From the NCBI GenBank assembly GCA_963677395.2, contig OY781965.2, forward strand, positions 1,124,056-1,148,055: a stretch of 24,000 bases of DNA. Direction: 5' to 3'. Shown in pieces: positions 1-8,930 of this stretch. The DNA is from Bacteroidales bacterium. GTDB lineage: Bacteria > Bacteroidota > Bacteroidia > Bacteroidales > G963667975. The notes beneath the pieces were generated by a model. It was not told the origin of the DNA. It worked only from the letters and a program-made list of their open reading frames with translations, and made no database searches. The position numbers and the translations under genes are program-made. Numbering within the stretch: position 1 is the stretch's first letter; every line of letters begins with the position of its first letter.

Positions 1-1232
1 TGCAAATCAAAATTTGCCTGAGGAGGATTAAATACGGTAATAGGACCGTAACTTTTAAACGGATTTCCACACACGCTTTTCGTAGTAAGCACAATGTTGT
101 GGGGAGTTTGTACTCCGTTCAAACAAGTTGATGTTACATACGTATGGTGTAAGGTGTCTCCGGCAGGAGTGCCCAAAGGGAGTGTATCAATCACTCCATC
201 ACCCCAATCAATGAATGTTAATGTATTTGGGGTAACACCTTGTGTGTTATTAATTGTTGTAATTTCAAAAGGAGTACAGCCTGCAGAATATGGTAACGAA
301 CTGAAATCAGGCAGGGGGATGGTTACTACTTTAAAAGTGTCACGGTAGATATTTGCACAGCCGTTTATTCCGTTTGCTTTAATTTTGATAGGGTAATTTC
401 CAATTGCATTGTAGATATGTGTTGCCGCATTAAACGGATCGAAAGGTGTTGGTGCAGGAACATAACCATTCCCATCACCCCAGTCAATTTGATAACTATT
501 TATCTGCGCGGAATTAGATAAATTATAGATTCTTGCGGTATCACTGGATGTGCCTGATACACTGGCGCAACGTTGGAAATTTCCAGTCTCAAAATAATCT
601 GTAGAAGGCTGTTGCAATAACGTAACGGGTTTTTCAATAGAGTCTTTACAGCCATAAATATCAATAACTACCAGTTTTACAACATTAACCTGATACCCGG
701 TTCCAAATGCATTTTTAAATGGATGAAGCGGGTTTTGAGAAGTGCCACCGACTCCTTCCATAGCGGATGGATTGTCACGGTAATACCATTTGTAAATTAA
801 GCCGGTACCGGTAGATGAATTGTAAAAATGTACATTGTTTGCAGCACATCCACTGTCAGGTGAAAATGTAAACTGGGCATCAGGTGCAGGAATTACTTTA
901 ACGCTGTCCTGATAAATATCATTGCATCCTGAAGAATGATAAATAGTTAGTGTAACAAGGTAAGTCCCGGTAGAAGCGTATATATGTGAAGGGCTTGAAA
1001 TAGTCGAGGTGTTTCCGTCTCCAAAATTCCAGTTTGTTGACGTAATTGAACCGGAAAATATAGTTGTCTGATTTGTAAAGTTTACCTGATTTGTATTGCA
1101 AACTCTTGTCCATGAATAGTGGGCATTCAGCGTATCAACAGGGCAAGAAAATGATTTTAGTCCGAATAGCATTAGGACTATCAGGTATATGTAAAACCTA
1201 ATACCAATCCTAAAAAAGGTAGCGCAAGTCAT
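1..1232 (-). CDS. PKD-domain repeat secreted protein, N-terminal part (reading frame still open at the left window edge)
   Basis: Hand translation of the reverse strand from ATG 1232..1230 gives MTCATFFRIGIRFYIYLIVLMLFGLKSFS, which looks like a signal peptide. Repeated PKD signatures follow: WNFGDGNTS..HIYASTGTYLVTLTI, IDWGDGNGY..HIYNAIGNYPIKI and IDWGDGVID..HTY. There is no stop in this frame down to nt 3. It is absent from the ORF track because it has no stop inside the window. Confidence 0.8.
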   Translation of the reverse strand, partial: MTCATFFRIGIRFYIYLIVLMLFGLKSFSCPVDTLNAHYSWTRVCNTNQVNFTNQTTIFSGSITSTNWNFGDGNTSTISSPSHIYASTGTYLVTLTIYHSSGCNDIYQDSVKVIPAPDAQFTFSPDSGCAANNVHFYNSSTGTGLIYKWYYRDNPSAMEGVGGTSQNPLHPFKNAFGTGYQVNVVKLVVIDIYGCKDSIEKPVTLLQQPSTDYFETGNFQRCASVSGTSSDTARIYNLSNSAQINSYQIDWGDGNGYVPAPTPFDPFNAATHIYNAIGNYPIKIKANGINGCANIYRDTFKVVTIPLPDFSSLPYSAGCTPFEITTINNTQGVTPNTLTFIDWGDGVIDTLPLGTPAGDTLHHTYVTSTCLNGVQTPHNIVLTTKSVCGNPFKSYGPITVFNPPQANFDL

Positions 1233-1265
1233 AGCAGTAAAAATAGGTAACAACAATAAGTCAAA

Positions 1266-1273
1266 CAAAGATA
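1266..1273 (-). promoter_or_regulatory. Candidate Bacteroidota -7 box (TATCTTTG) for the PKD gene
   Basis: The plus strand reads CAAAGATA, which is TATCTTTG on the minus strand. This is a perfect TAnnTTTG match 34 nt upstream of ATG 1232. Such matches can occur by chance in AT-rich DNA. Confidence 0.3.
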
Positions 1274-1401
1274 GTGTATATGAATCTTGGTTGTGTTAAT
1301 AAAGTATTAAACAGCTAATGTTTTCTATTATTAAGAGCTCTGTAAATCAATAAATAATCATTAGTTATAAGATTCACTGTCGTTTTGTATGAAATTATAA
1401 A

Positions 1402-2631
1402 CTACCTCTCTGCTGTTCGCACATCCATGGCATCGCGTAAGCCATTTCCAATTAACATAAAAGCAAGAACAACCAACATAATTGCAATACCCGGTAAGAT
1501 AGCCAGGTATGCATAATCCAAAATTATGTAACCATAATTTTCACGAATCATGATGCCCCATGAAGGCATAGGGGGCTGAACTCCAATTCCTAAAAAACTT
1601 AGTCCGGCTTCCAGTAAAACTGCTGATGAAAAGTTAGCAGCAGAAATTACAATTACCGGGCCTATTACATTCGGTAAAATATGTTTGAAGATAATTCTGA
1701 AATTTGAAAAGCCCAATGCTCGTGCGGCTTCCACATATTCTTTTTCACGAATGCTTAGTATCTGGCCGCGAACCACACGTGCAACTTCAACCCACATGGT
1801 TAAACCAACTGCTATAAAAACCTGCCAAAAACCTTTTCCTAAGGCAAATGTAATGGCTATTACAAGTAAAAGAGTTGGTATAGACCATATTACGCTAAAA
1901 AACCATACGATGAAATCATCGAGTTTTCCACCAAAATAGCCTGCAATTGCACCCAGAAAAATTCCGATTACCAAAGAAATTAAAACAGAAATAAATCCAA
2001 CAGATAAGCTTACGCGGCTTCCAATCATGAGTTGGCTTAATACATCCCGGCCATATCTGTCGCTTCCTAATAAATACGTTTTTCTGACTAGGTTGTTTTG
2101 AAGAATATCTTTCTTAATGTCTTGTAATGATGAGGATTGTTGTTCATCGTTTATTGTTGTAAATCGCACCGAGTCGAACGTGTATTGGGGTGCCGTTTGT
2201 TGTTTTAGTGCATAAACAACATCCACTAATGAGATGTAAGTGATTCTGCCATTGTTTGGTGAACTTCCTGTATATTCTTCAATTTTAAGATCATGCCCCA
2301 CAAAACACCATTTGTAAACCGGAATAATTTGATACGGATTTTTATTACCATACATCATTTTCCGAATAAAATTCCCCGACTTTTCCGTCTCATTTTTTTT
2401 AATGCGTAGAATGGTTGCTTTAAATCCAGGCTTTTTGGTTGTAAATTCCAAAATTTGCTCGTTAGCATAAGGTGTTTGATCAGGTGTAATCAAATATCCT
2501 AAAATGGAGATCAGCGAAAGAAGTCCGATAAAATATAGTGAGCCCATTGCCAGATGGTTTCGTTTGAAACGTTTCCAAGCAATGGCTCCAAGTGAGCTGT
2601 TTCCCTTCTTTTTAAAGAGGTTTAGATACAT
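1402..2631 (-). CDS. ABC transporter permease, DppC/OppC (peptide/nickel) type
   Basis: 409-aa ORF with multiple hydrophobic spans. It has the EAA-loop signature of binding-protein-dependent transport permeases (EAARALGFSNFRIIFKHILPN) and the long periplasmic N-terminal segment typical of OppC-like permeases. ATG confirmed at 2631. Confidence 0.85.
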   Translation of the reverse strand: MYLNLFKKKGNSSLGAIAWKRFKRNHLAMGSLYFIGLLSLISILGYLITPDQTPYANEQILEFTTKKPGFKATILRIKKNETEKSGNFIRKMMYGNKNPYQIIPVYKWCFVGHDLKIEEYTGSSPNNGRITYISLVDVVYALKQQTAPQYTFDSVRFTTINDEQQSSSLQDIKKDILQNNLVRKTYLLGSDRYGRDVLSQLMIGSRVSLSVGFISVLISLVIGIFLGAIAGYFGGKLDDFIVWFFSVIWSIPTLLLVIAITFALGKGFWQVFIAVGLTMWVEVARVVRGQILSIREKEYVEAARALGFSNFRIIFKHILPNVIGPVIVISAANFSSAVLLEAGLSFLGIGVQPPMPSWGIMIRENYGYIILDYAYLAILPGIAIMLVVLAFMLIGNGLRDAMDVRTAER

Positions 2632-2658
2632 TCGCTTCGGTTTCTATGTGTTATTGGT

Positions 2659-3435
2659 TTAATAGCTTTTGTCGCCACCAAATAATCCACCAAGCAAATT
2701 ACCGCCAATTCCACCTATGCCTGAGCTTTGTTCGCGGTTGCTACCCCAGCTTCCAGCTTGTGCAATACGGTCAGCTAATCGTGAAAAAGGTAAACTTTGC
2801 AGATAAACGATTCCGGGACCAGTTAATTTAGCCAGGAAAAGACCTTCTCCTCCAAACAGTGCGTTTCGAAAGCCTCCTACAAACTGAATATCATAATCTA
2901 TTGATTGTTCAAATCCTACGAGGCATCCGGTATCTACGCGAAGTGATTCTCCTACGGCGAGTTCTTTGCGGATAACAGTTCCTCCGGCATGTATAAATAC
3001 GAGGCCATCACCGTTAAGGCGCTGAAGAATAAATCCTTCACCACCAAAAAAACCAGCGCCAAGCTTACGGGTAAACGCAATATCTATATCAATTCCAGTA
3101 GCAGCGCATAAAAACGAATCTTTCTGACAAAGGAAAGTTCTGCCAAATTTATTCAGATCGATGGGTATAACCTTGCCCGGATAAGGTGCTGCAAAAGCAA
3201 CTTTCTGACGCAGACGGCCTGTGTTCAGGAATGTGCTGATGAAAAAGCTGTCTCCGGTTAGCATTCTTTTGAATCCGGCAAAAATTCCTCCTCCGGTTGA
3301 TGTTTGCATTTCAATACCGTTTTCCATATAAAGCATTGCGCCCACTTCAGCGCGTACACCTTCTGATGAATCAAGTTCAATTTCAACGATTTGCATATCA
3401 TTTCCGATGATGGTATAGTCAATTACATCTGCCAT
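2659..3435 (-). CDS. TIGR00266 / AIM24 (DUF124) family protein
   Basis: 258-aa ORF. The N-terminus MADVIDYTIIGNDMQIVEIELD, the repeated Gly-rich beta-strand pattern (FFGGEGF, LFGGEGLF) and the Gly-rich C-terminal tail are typical of this family as I remember it. It ends 27 nt upstream of the permease start, so the two are probably co-transcribed. Confidence 0.7.
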   Translation of the reverse strand: MADVIDYTIIGNDMQIVEIELDSSEGVRAEVGAMLYMENGIEMQTSTGGGIFAGFKRMLTGDSFFISTFLNTGRLRQKVAFAAPYPGKVIPIDLNKFGRTFLCQKDSFLCAATGIDIDIAFTRKLGAGFFGGEGFILQRLNGDGLVFIHAGGTVIRKELAVGESLRVDTGCLVGFEQSIDYDIQFVGGFRNALFGGEGLFLAKLTGPGIVYLQSLPFSRLADRIAQAGSWGSNREQSSGIGGIGGNLLGGLFGGDKSY

Positions 3436-3503
3436 AGTTCCTGTTTTTTAGAGGTCATTTATGTTTATAATATTTTTATTGATGTCAAAATTCTTATTGG
3501 TAT

Positions 3504-3511
3504 TAACTTTG
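3504..3511 (+). promoter_or_regulatory. Candidate -7 box TAACTTTG for the 3585 gene
   Basis: Perfect TAnnTTTG match on the plus strand in the divergent intergenic region, 74 nt upstream of ATG 3585. Confidence 0.3.
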
Positions 3512-3516
3512 CTCAG

Positions 3517-3524
3517 CAAATCTA
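3517..3524 (-). promoter_or_regulatory. Candidate -7 box TAGATTTG for the TIGR00266-permease unit
   Basis: The plus strand reads CAAATCTA, which is TAGATTTG on the minus strand. This is a perfect TAnnTTTG match about 82 nt upstream of ATG 3435. Confidence 0.3.
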
Positions 3525-3584
3525 TTAAGAACCAATTAATATTCCTATACAATTTTACGTTGTTTATATTTAATGACTGTTATT

Positions 3585-4466
3585 ATGAAAAAAATTCCTG
3601 TGTTTATTATTTTTACTATTCTGACATTGAGTGTTTTAGCTCAGAGTAAGATGGCTGATAAAGTCCAGATTCAGCAGTTTTTTAAATCAAAAACTTATAT
3701 TGTTCTTGAAGCAAATCTTTTTATGCTATATAATCCAACCATTAAAGATCAGGTTGGAAAACACTGGAAAATTACTCCTTTTGAGGTTGTTACGCAAAAA
3801 GAGTTTGAAAAGCTGAAACGCGATCCGCTTAGCTCGTTCCTGTTTTTATCAACAGCCAGGATGAGTCAGGAAAAGAATATGTTTAATACGATTGCAGGTT
3901 GGTTTTCAGGTGGAAAAGATGAGTCATCTTATCTCATTTTAAATTTAGTAATGGGTGTGAAATCGGGTAAGTTGAATGATATGCCTGATTTAGGATCAGT
4001 ACCGCTCGCTATGGAAGGGGCAGGAGAGGAGTTCTATCTGTTTAAAATTGGTGGAGTTTTGAAGATGATGCAACAAATTGTTTTGAAGCTCAAAGAAAAT
4101 CCTGAGCCAGACATAAAAAAAATGGCTCTTGAAAATCTACCCAAAATAAAAACGATGGAACTCTGGGTAATTAAAAGCCAACTTACTTCATCTCTTCAAT
4201 CCGAAACAGCTTTTAAAAAACTCTATCCCTATCCGTTTAAGTTTGTAACGGCAGATGAAATTGAAGAAGCTGTAAATCAATCTAAAAATATTGTATTTCT
4301 TCATAAAATGGGGCCAGAAGAAGCCGAAATTACCGAAGAAGCTTTTTGTACAAAGTTTATCCTTTCGGCTGCTGATGGTCAGTTGGTTTGGGTTGGCCGT
4401 CATAAAGTCAGCAAGAAAAAACCGGATGCCATGCTCGAGGAAGATTTGAGAGAACTGATTAAGTAA
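3585..4466 (+). CDS. Hypothetical secreted protein (signal peptide, no recognised domain)
   Basis: The ORF runs 3573..4466. The internal ATG at 3585 gives a classical signal peptide, MKKIPVFIIFTILTLSVLAQS. I recognise no family motif. Confidence 0.7.
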   Translation: MKKIPVFIIFTILTLSVLAQSKMADKVQIQQFFKSKTYIVLEANLFMLYNPTIKDQVGKHWKITPFEVVTQKEFEKLKRDPLSSFLFLSTARMSQEKNMFNTIAGWFSGGKDESSYLILNLVMGVKSGKLNDMPDLGSVPLAMEGAGEEFYLFKIGGVLKMMQQIVLKLKENPEPDIKKMALENLPKIKTMELWVIKSQLTSSLQSETAFKKLYPYPFKFVTADEIEEAVNQSKNIVFLHKMGPEEAEITEEAFCTKFILSAADGQLVWVGRHKVSKKKPDAMLEEDLRELIK

Positions 4467-4506
4467 CATATACTTATATCTTCTGTAGTTGTTTTCTCAA
4501 TTTCTG

Positions 4507-4514
4507 TACCTTTG
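4507..4514 (+). promoter_or_regulatory. Candidate -7 box TACCTTTG for ettA
   Basis: Perfect TAnnTTTG match ending 24 nt upstream of ATG 4538. Confidence 0.45.
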
Positions 4515-4537
4515 CAAATTATAAATCATACACATAT

Positions 4538-6214
4538 ATGTCTGACGACAAAAAAATTATTTTTTCGATGGTGGGTGTGGGTAAAATTTACCCTCCCAGC
4601 AAACAGGTTTTAAAAAATATTTATCTTTCATTTTATTACGGTGCTAAAATCGGGATTATCGGTTTGAATGGTTCCGGAAAGTCATCACTTCTGAAAATTA
4701 TTGCCGGTGAAGATAAATCGTTTAATGGCGAAGTTGTTTTCTCTTCTGGATATTCAGTAGGTTATCTTCCTCAGGAACCTGTTCTGGACGATTCTAAAAC
4801 TGTAAAAGAAGTCGTGGAAGAGGCAGTTCAGGAGGTTGTAAACCTGATGAAAGAATATGAAGAAATTAATAATAAGTTTGCTGAGCCTATGAGCGACGAT
4901 GAGATGAATGTGCTCATCGAACGTCAGGGAGTCGTAATGGAATTACTTGATCACCATAATGCATGGGAACTTGATAATAAACTTGAACGTGCGATGGATG
5001 CGCTACGTTGCCCGGAAGGAGATGCCCTTGTTACGAATCTTTCCGGAGGAGAGCGTCGCCGTGTGGCATTGTGCCGTTTATTGCTTCAGGAACCGGATAT
5101 TCTGTTACTTGATGAACCTACGAATCATCTTGATGCTGAATCAATAGAATGGTTGGAACTTCATTTACAACAATATAAAGGAACGGTAATTGCTGTAACG
5201 CACGACCGTTACTTCCTCGATAACGTTGCTGGCTGGATACTTGAACTTGATCGTGGCGAAGGTATTCCCTGGAAAGGAAATTACTCTTCATGGCTCGACC
5301 AAAAGACTCAGCGCATGCAAATGGAAGAAAAAACCGAATCGAAGCGCCGGAAAACGCTCGAACGCGAACTGGAGTGGGTTCGTATGGCACCCACTGCACG
5401 TCATGCAAAAGGAAGAGCTCGTTTGAATGCGTATGAACGTATGATGGATGAAGATGTAAAACAGAAAGAAGAACGTCTGGAAATCTTTATCCCGAACGGA
5501 CCTCGTTTGGGTACAAATGTGATTGAGGCAGTCAATGTTTCAAAATCGTATGGTGATCGTATTCTGTTTGAAGATCTGAATTTCATGTTGCCACCTGCCG
5601 GTATTGTCGGAATTATTGGCCCGAATGGTGCTGGAAAAACCACATTGTTCCGCTTGATTATGGGACTTGAACAACCTGATAATGGTGAGTTTAAAGTGGG
5701 AGAAACCGTAAAAGTGGGTTATGTTGATCAGCAACACACCGAAATTGACCCTGAGAAGAATGTTTGGGAGGTGATTTCGGAAGGCAACGAGCAGATACAA
5801 ATGGGTGGAAGACTGATTAATTCGCGTGCATACGTTTCCCGTTTTAATTTCAGTGGTGTTGATCAAGGTAAAAAATCCGGAGTTTTATCGGGCGGAGAAC
5901 GCAATCGATTGCATTTGGCATTAACACTCAAATCAGAAGCCAACGTGTTACTCCTCGATGAGCCAACCAATGATATTGATGTAAACACCCTGCGTGCACT
6001 GGAAGAAGGTTTGGAAAACTTTGCCGGATGTGCTGTTATTATTTCACATGACCGCTGGTTTCTCGATCGTGTAGCTACGCATATTCTCGCTTTTGAAGGT
6101 GATTCACAGGTTTATTTCTTCGAAGGAAGTTATTCCGAATATGAAGAAAACAAACGCAAACGTTTGGGCGATGAAGGTCCGAAACGTATCCGTTATAAAA
6201 AACTGATAAAGTAG
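4538..6214 (+). CDS. ettA: Energy-dependent translational throttle protein EttA (ABC-F ATPase)
   Basis: 558 aa with two ABC cassettes. Walker A motifs are GLNGSGKS and GPNGAGKT, signature motifs are LSGGERRRV and LSGGERNRL, and Walker B motifs are LLLDEPTN (twice). It is near-collinear with E. coli EttA as I remember it (HDRYFLDNVAGWILELDRGEGIPW.GNYSSWL, SRAYVSRFNF.GVDQ). Confidence 0.95.
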   Translation: MSDDKKIIFSMVGVGKIYPPSKQVLKNIYLSFYYGAKIGIIGLNGSGKSSLLKIIAGEDKSFNGEVVFSSGYSVGYLPQEPVLDDSKTVKEVVEEAVQEVVNLMKEYEEINNKFAEPMSDDEMNVLIERQGVVMELLDHHNAWELDNKLERAMDALRCPEGDALVTNLSGGERRRVALCRLLLQEPDILLLDEPTNHLDAESIEWLELHLQQYKGTVIAVTHDRYFLDNVAGWILELDRGEGIPWKGNYSSWLDQKTQRMQMEEKTESKRRKTLERELEWVRMAPTARHAKGRARLNAYERMMDEDVKQKEERLEIFIPNGPRLGTNVIEAVNVSKSYGDRILFEDLNFMLPPAGIVGIIGPNGAGKTTLFRLIMGLEQPDNGEFKVGETVKVGYVDQQHTEIDPEKNVWEVISEGNEQIQMGGRLINSRAYVSRFNFSGVDQGKKSGVLSGGERNRLHLALTLKSEANVLLLDEPTNDIDVNTLRALEEGLENFAGCAVIISHDRWFLDRVATHILAFEGDSQVYFFEGSYSEYEENKRKRLGDEGPKRIRYKKLIK

Positions 6215-6228
6215 TTTTTACATAAGAT

Positions 6229-6271
6229 AAAGCTAAGAGCCGGAGAATAAATGTTTCCGGCTCTTAGCTTT
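6229..6271. terminator. Bidirectional rho-independent terminator between convergent ettA and the membrane-NTPase gene
   Basis: Perfect 16-bp stem, AAAGCTAAGAGCCGGA (6229-6244) pairing with TCCGGCTCTTAGCTTT (6256-6271), and an 11-nt loop. It is flanked by A/T runs on both sides. It lies 15 nt after the ettA stop and overlaps the stop of the minus-strand gene by 2 nt. Confidence 0.8.
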
Positions 6272-8000
6272 ATTTATTCTGCCGAATTATTTGATTACTT
6301 GTAATGTATTGAATGATATCTGATACATTACATTTATTAACATTGAAAATCTTATAATTATTCAAATTCCAGTTTTCAATAACTTTATCAACAATGCTAA
6401 TTCGAACAATCCAAATCATAGGGATTTCTGTTTTTAATAACAGGTCATTTATACAAGAAGCCCAACCCTGATTTTCTAATTCCCAAGGGCCAACTTCGTC
6501 AATGAGGATTATTTGTGATTGAACATTATTTTCGAGAGATAAGATGTTTTTTGCAAACTCTATACTGGTATTTGAAAAATAGAATCTTCCAACTTGTATT
6601 AAATCTGGATTATCATAGGTTCTGGATAACATTATTTTTTCTTTGGTGGAAATATTAATTATATCATTTCCTGTACGTACGTTGTGCTCAAAAACAGAAG
6701 GAGATATGAATCCTCCAATTTTAATGTTGTTATAATTCAGATAGTTAATAACCTCATTAAGTAAGGCAGATTTCCCTTGCTCCGATTTTCCTGATATGAT
6801 TATTACAGGTTGTTTTTCTTTGAATTTTACAGAAAGTTTTTCAAGCCAAAAATCTGCCTGAGAAACCATTTGATGAATTATTGAAACTGGTTGTGAAAAA
6901 ATATTTTTAAAACTTGGCAAGTTTGCAATAACATAAGGTAAAGTATCAAAGGCAACTTCCAAAGCTAAAGGTATCTGACGAAATGATCTCCTTGTAAAAA
7001 AAGATCTGATAACAGGATTATACAGTTCGGTTCCAATAGTTGAAAATCCAACTATCATAATTGCTGCACGAAAGTTCATTTGTATTCCTAACAATAAACC
7101 TTCATATATTCCACTTGTTGTATTTTGAAATTTTGCAAACAGAAAACTTGAAAGCATTGTAATTAAAATGAATAGAATCCAGAACTTTGGCTTTTTTAAA
7201 GGTTTTAATGCCCTGTGATAACGAATAGTCCAGCAGGCAATAATTATTAAACCTGAAATGCTCCACCAAAGCCATCCGGTAAAATTCATGAAACACAATA
7301 CAGTTATCATTCCCAAAACATTAAAACCAAGCCAGAGTAACGAATAATTGAAAGATAAATCTATTTTCCTTGTTTGAATTTCACTTATTTTATTAAAATT
7401 AATGCCTTCTATTTTATTTGGTTCTCTTATAGCTTTTCGCCCGATGTAAATTCCAATTATCGCTGCAATTAATCCGAATAATAAGTCAATAACCCATAAG
7501 AAAATAACAGGTTGCCATAAGTTGTCAAAATGAATATTTAATTGTTTTTGGGCAAAACTTGCAAAACTATCATAAAGGTTGACAATATTGAACCCATACA
7601 TGATTATCAGATTTGCAATTTTATGGAGTAAATTCCACGACATTGCAAGCATTCCACCAACGAGGTATGCAAACATATTTTTTCGAAATACCCGTACCGC
7701 AAATTCAATAAGTAATGCTTCGCTGAATATGGCAATCATTGGTCCAAAAATCATAGTACTTGGTGAAATAGATTTCATTAAAGCACAAATCAAACCCGAG
7801 CGCCAGATAAGTCCTTTTTCTTTCCATAGATGACTAACAGAAATCAATAAAATAATACCTATAGCTGTAAGGAAATTACTACTGAATGGAATCCTCATGT
7901 TATGTAAAAAGCTACCTAAGACAATTTCAGAAGATGCCCATAGACAGCCAAGTACAGATGCTTTAAGCCATTTATTATTTAATTTATCATTGGTTTTCAT
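6270..8000 (-). CDS. Fusion protein: polytopic membrane domain (about 10 TM, about 390 aa) plus C-terminal P-loop NTPase (THEP1/DUF2478-like)
   Basis: 576-aa ORF. The N-terminal two-thirds is a series of hydrophobic helices. The C-terminus has a Walker A motif, ISGKSEQGKSALL, and a Walker B-like LIDEVGPWELENQGW, which resembles the EiGplEl motif of THEP1/DUF2478 NTPases. The family assignment is from memory. Its ATG at 8000 overlaps the upstream gene by 14 nt. Confidence 0.75.
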   Translation of the reverse strand: MKTNDKLNNKWLKASVLGCLWASSEIVLGSFLHNMRIPFSSNFLTAIGIILLISVSHLWKEKGLIWRSGLICALMKSISPSTMIFGPMIAIFSEALLIEFAVRVFRKNMFAYLVGGMLAMSWNLLHKIANLIIMYGFNIVNLYDSFASFAQKQLNIHFDNLWQPVIFLWVIDLLFGLIAAIIGIYIGRKAIREPNKIEGINFNKISEIQTRKIDLSFNYSLLWLGFNVLGMITVLCFMNFTGWLWWSISGLIIIACWTIRYHRALKPLKKPKFWILFILITMLSSFLFAKFQNTTSGIYEGLLLGIQMNFRAAIMIVGFSTIGTELYNPVIRSFFTRRSFRQIPLALEVAFDTLPYVIANLPSFKNIFSQPVSIIHQMVSQADFWLEKLSVKFKEKQPVIIISGKSEQGKSALLNEVINYLNYNNIKIGGFISPSVFEHNVRTGNDIINISTKEKIMLSRTYDNPDLIQVGRFYFSNTSIEFAKNILSLENNVQSQIILIDEVGPWELENQGWASCINDLLLKTEIPMIWIVRISIVDKVIENWNLNNYKIFNVNKCNVSDIIQYITSNQIIRQNK

Positions 8001-8799
8001 TTAGCAAGCAGATTTTTTTTGCACAATATTGAAATAAATGAAATCCTGCACCACCCTCAGAAACAATAGTAAACATTTTTTCTGGATTTGTAATTTTTGT
8101 TGAACCAATGATGGTAATATTGCGTTTGAACAGCATGTCAGGAATCAACCCGGCAGTAGGCCCAACAATAATCACCTGCTTGTTTGCAAGAATATGCACC
8201 AGTAGATTATCCAACGTATTGTTCAATAATGTTAATCCTGTAATTATAATAATATCAGAAACAGGCAGAACATCTGATGCTTTTGCAGCAGGCACGTAGT
8301 ATTGCTTTTCGTCTTCGTCAAGTGCATTTTCGTTCAATTCCAGAACGAATAATTTATGTGGTGTTTTGGATATTTTTTTAATGTATGAATGAAATGCCCC
8401 TACAATACATATTTTTTTTTGCCCACTCAAATCGAGCAAATCAAACGGATCTTTATCTTCAATGATTTTGATATTTGATTTGGCAATTATTTCGGTTGAT
8501 ACTGCGTTTAGCACTGCAAGTTTAACGCTATCCAATATTTTTGAACTTTCTGAACGGTTAAATAAATCCCAAACCTTTTGCCCGTTTATATTCCCAGGCG
8601 TAAAGCTGCCAAAATCATGTTTTTGTTTGTGACAGCAATTAACTGTAGTGTCCAAATCAATACTGGCAACACCACAATAACCATTTGATAATTTTACAGC
8701 AGTAAGAAATATCCCTATTTGAACGTTTTCTATTGTTGTATTCTCAATGTATTCACTATATTTGGTTTGTAATAAATGGAATGTTTCCTGTAAAATCAT
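7987..8799 (-). CDS. DUF4213/DUF364-like Rossmann-fold protein (putative metal or cofactor chelation/handling)
   Basis: 270-aa ORF. The N-terminal segment VQIGIFLTAVKLSNGYCGVAS resembles the DUF4213 pattern. The C-terminal part (KKICIVGAF...IIIITGLTLLNNTLD..L) looks like a DUF364 Rossmann-like fold. Assigned from memory of these families. Confidence 0.65.
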   Translation of the reverse strand: MILQETFHLLQTKYSEYIENTTIENVQIGIFLTAVKLSNGYCGVASIDLDTTVNCCHKQKHDFGSFTPGNINGQKVWDLFNRSESSKILDSVKLAVLNAVSTEIIAKSNIKIIEDKDPFDLLDLSGQKKICIVGAFHSYIKKISKTPHKLFVLELNENALDEDEKQYYVPAAKASDVLPVSDIIIITGLTLLNNTLDNLLVHILANKQVIIVGPTAGLIPDMLFKRNITIIGSTKITNPEKMFTIVSEGGAGFHLFQYCAKKICLLNENQ

Positions 8800-8824
8800 A
8801 AGTAATTAAATATTAAAATCTTAA

Positions 8825-8860
8825 CGATATGAATAATATTTCATATCGGCTTCAAAAGTA
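8825..8860 (-). promoter_or_regulatory. Promoter -7 box TACTTTTG (8860..8853) plus a palindromic operator-like element CGATATGAA-N6-TTCATATCG (8825-8848)
   Basis: Perfect TAnnTTTG on the minus strand. Five nt downstream is a perfect 9-bp inverted repeat ending 26 nt before ATG 8799. The same arrangement recurs at 19713-19748. Confidence 0.55.
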
Positions 8861-8930
8861 AAAATAAAATACAATATTTCCTAATTATTACCACTTAATA
8901 GGTGTTGTCTGGTTTTAAATAAAGAATTGT

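Noticed and set aside
919-1113. 64-aa minus-strand ORF from the track
   Set aside because: It lies in the wrong frame inside the PKD-repeat gene. The frame starting at ATG 1232 is open to the window edge and encodes clear PKD motifs.
4947-5866. Several 66-108-aa ORFs on both strands inside ettA, and similar nested ORFs at 1685-1939, 7102-7833, 8108-8299, 9187-9950, 10900-11674, 12592-13126, 13545-13901, 13971-15941, 16430-18440, 18883-19167, 19251-19532, 19925-20308, 20737-23032 and 23493-23801
   Set aside because: All are fully embedded in, or antisense to, long ORFs with strong family signatures. Their translations are low-complexity or Cys, Phe or Ile-rich with no motifs. These are typical shadow ORFs.
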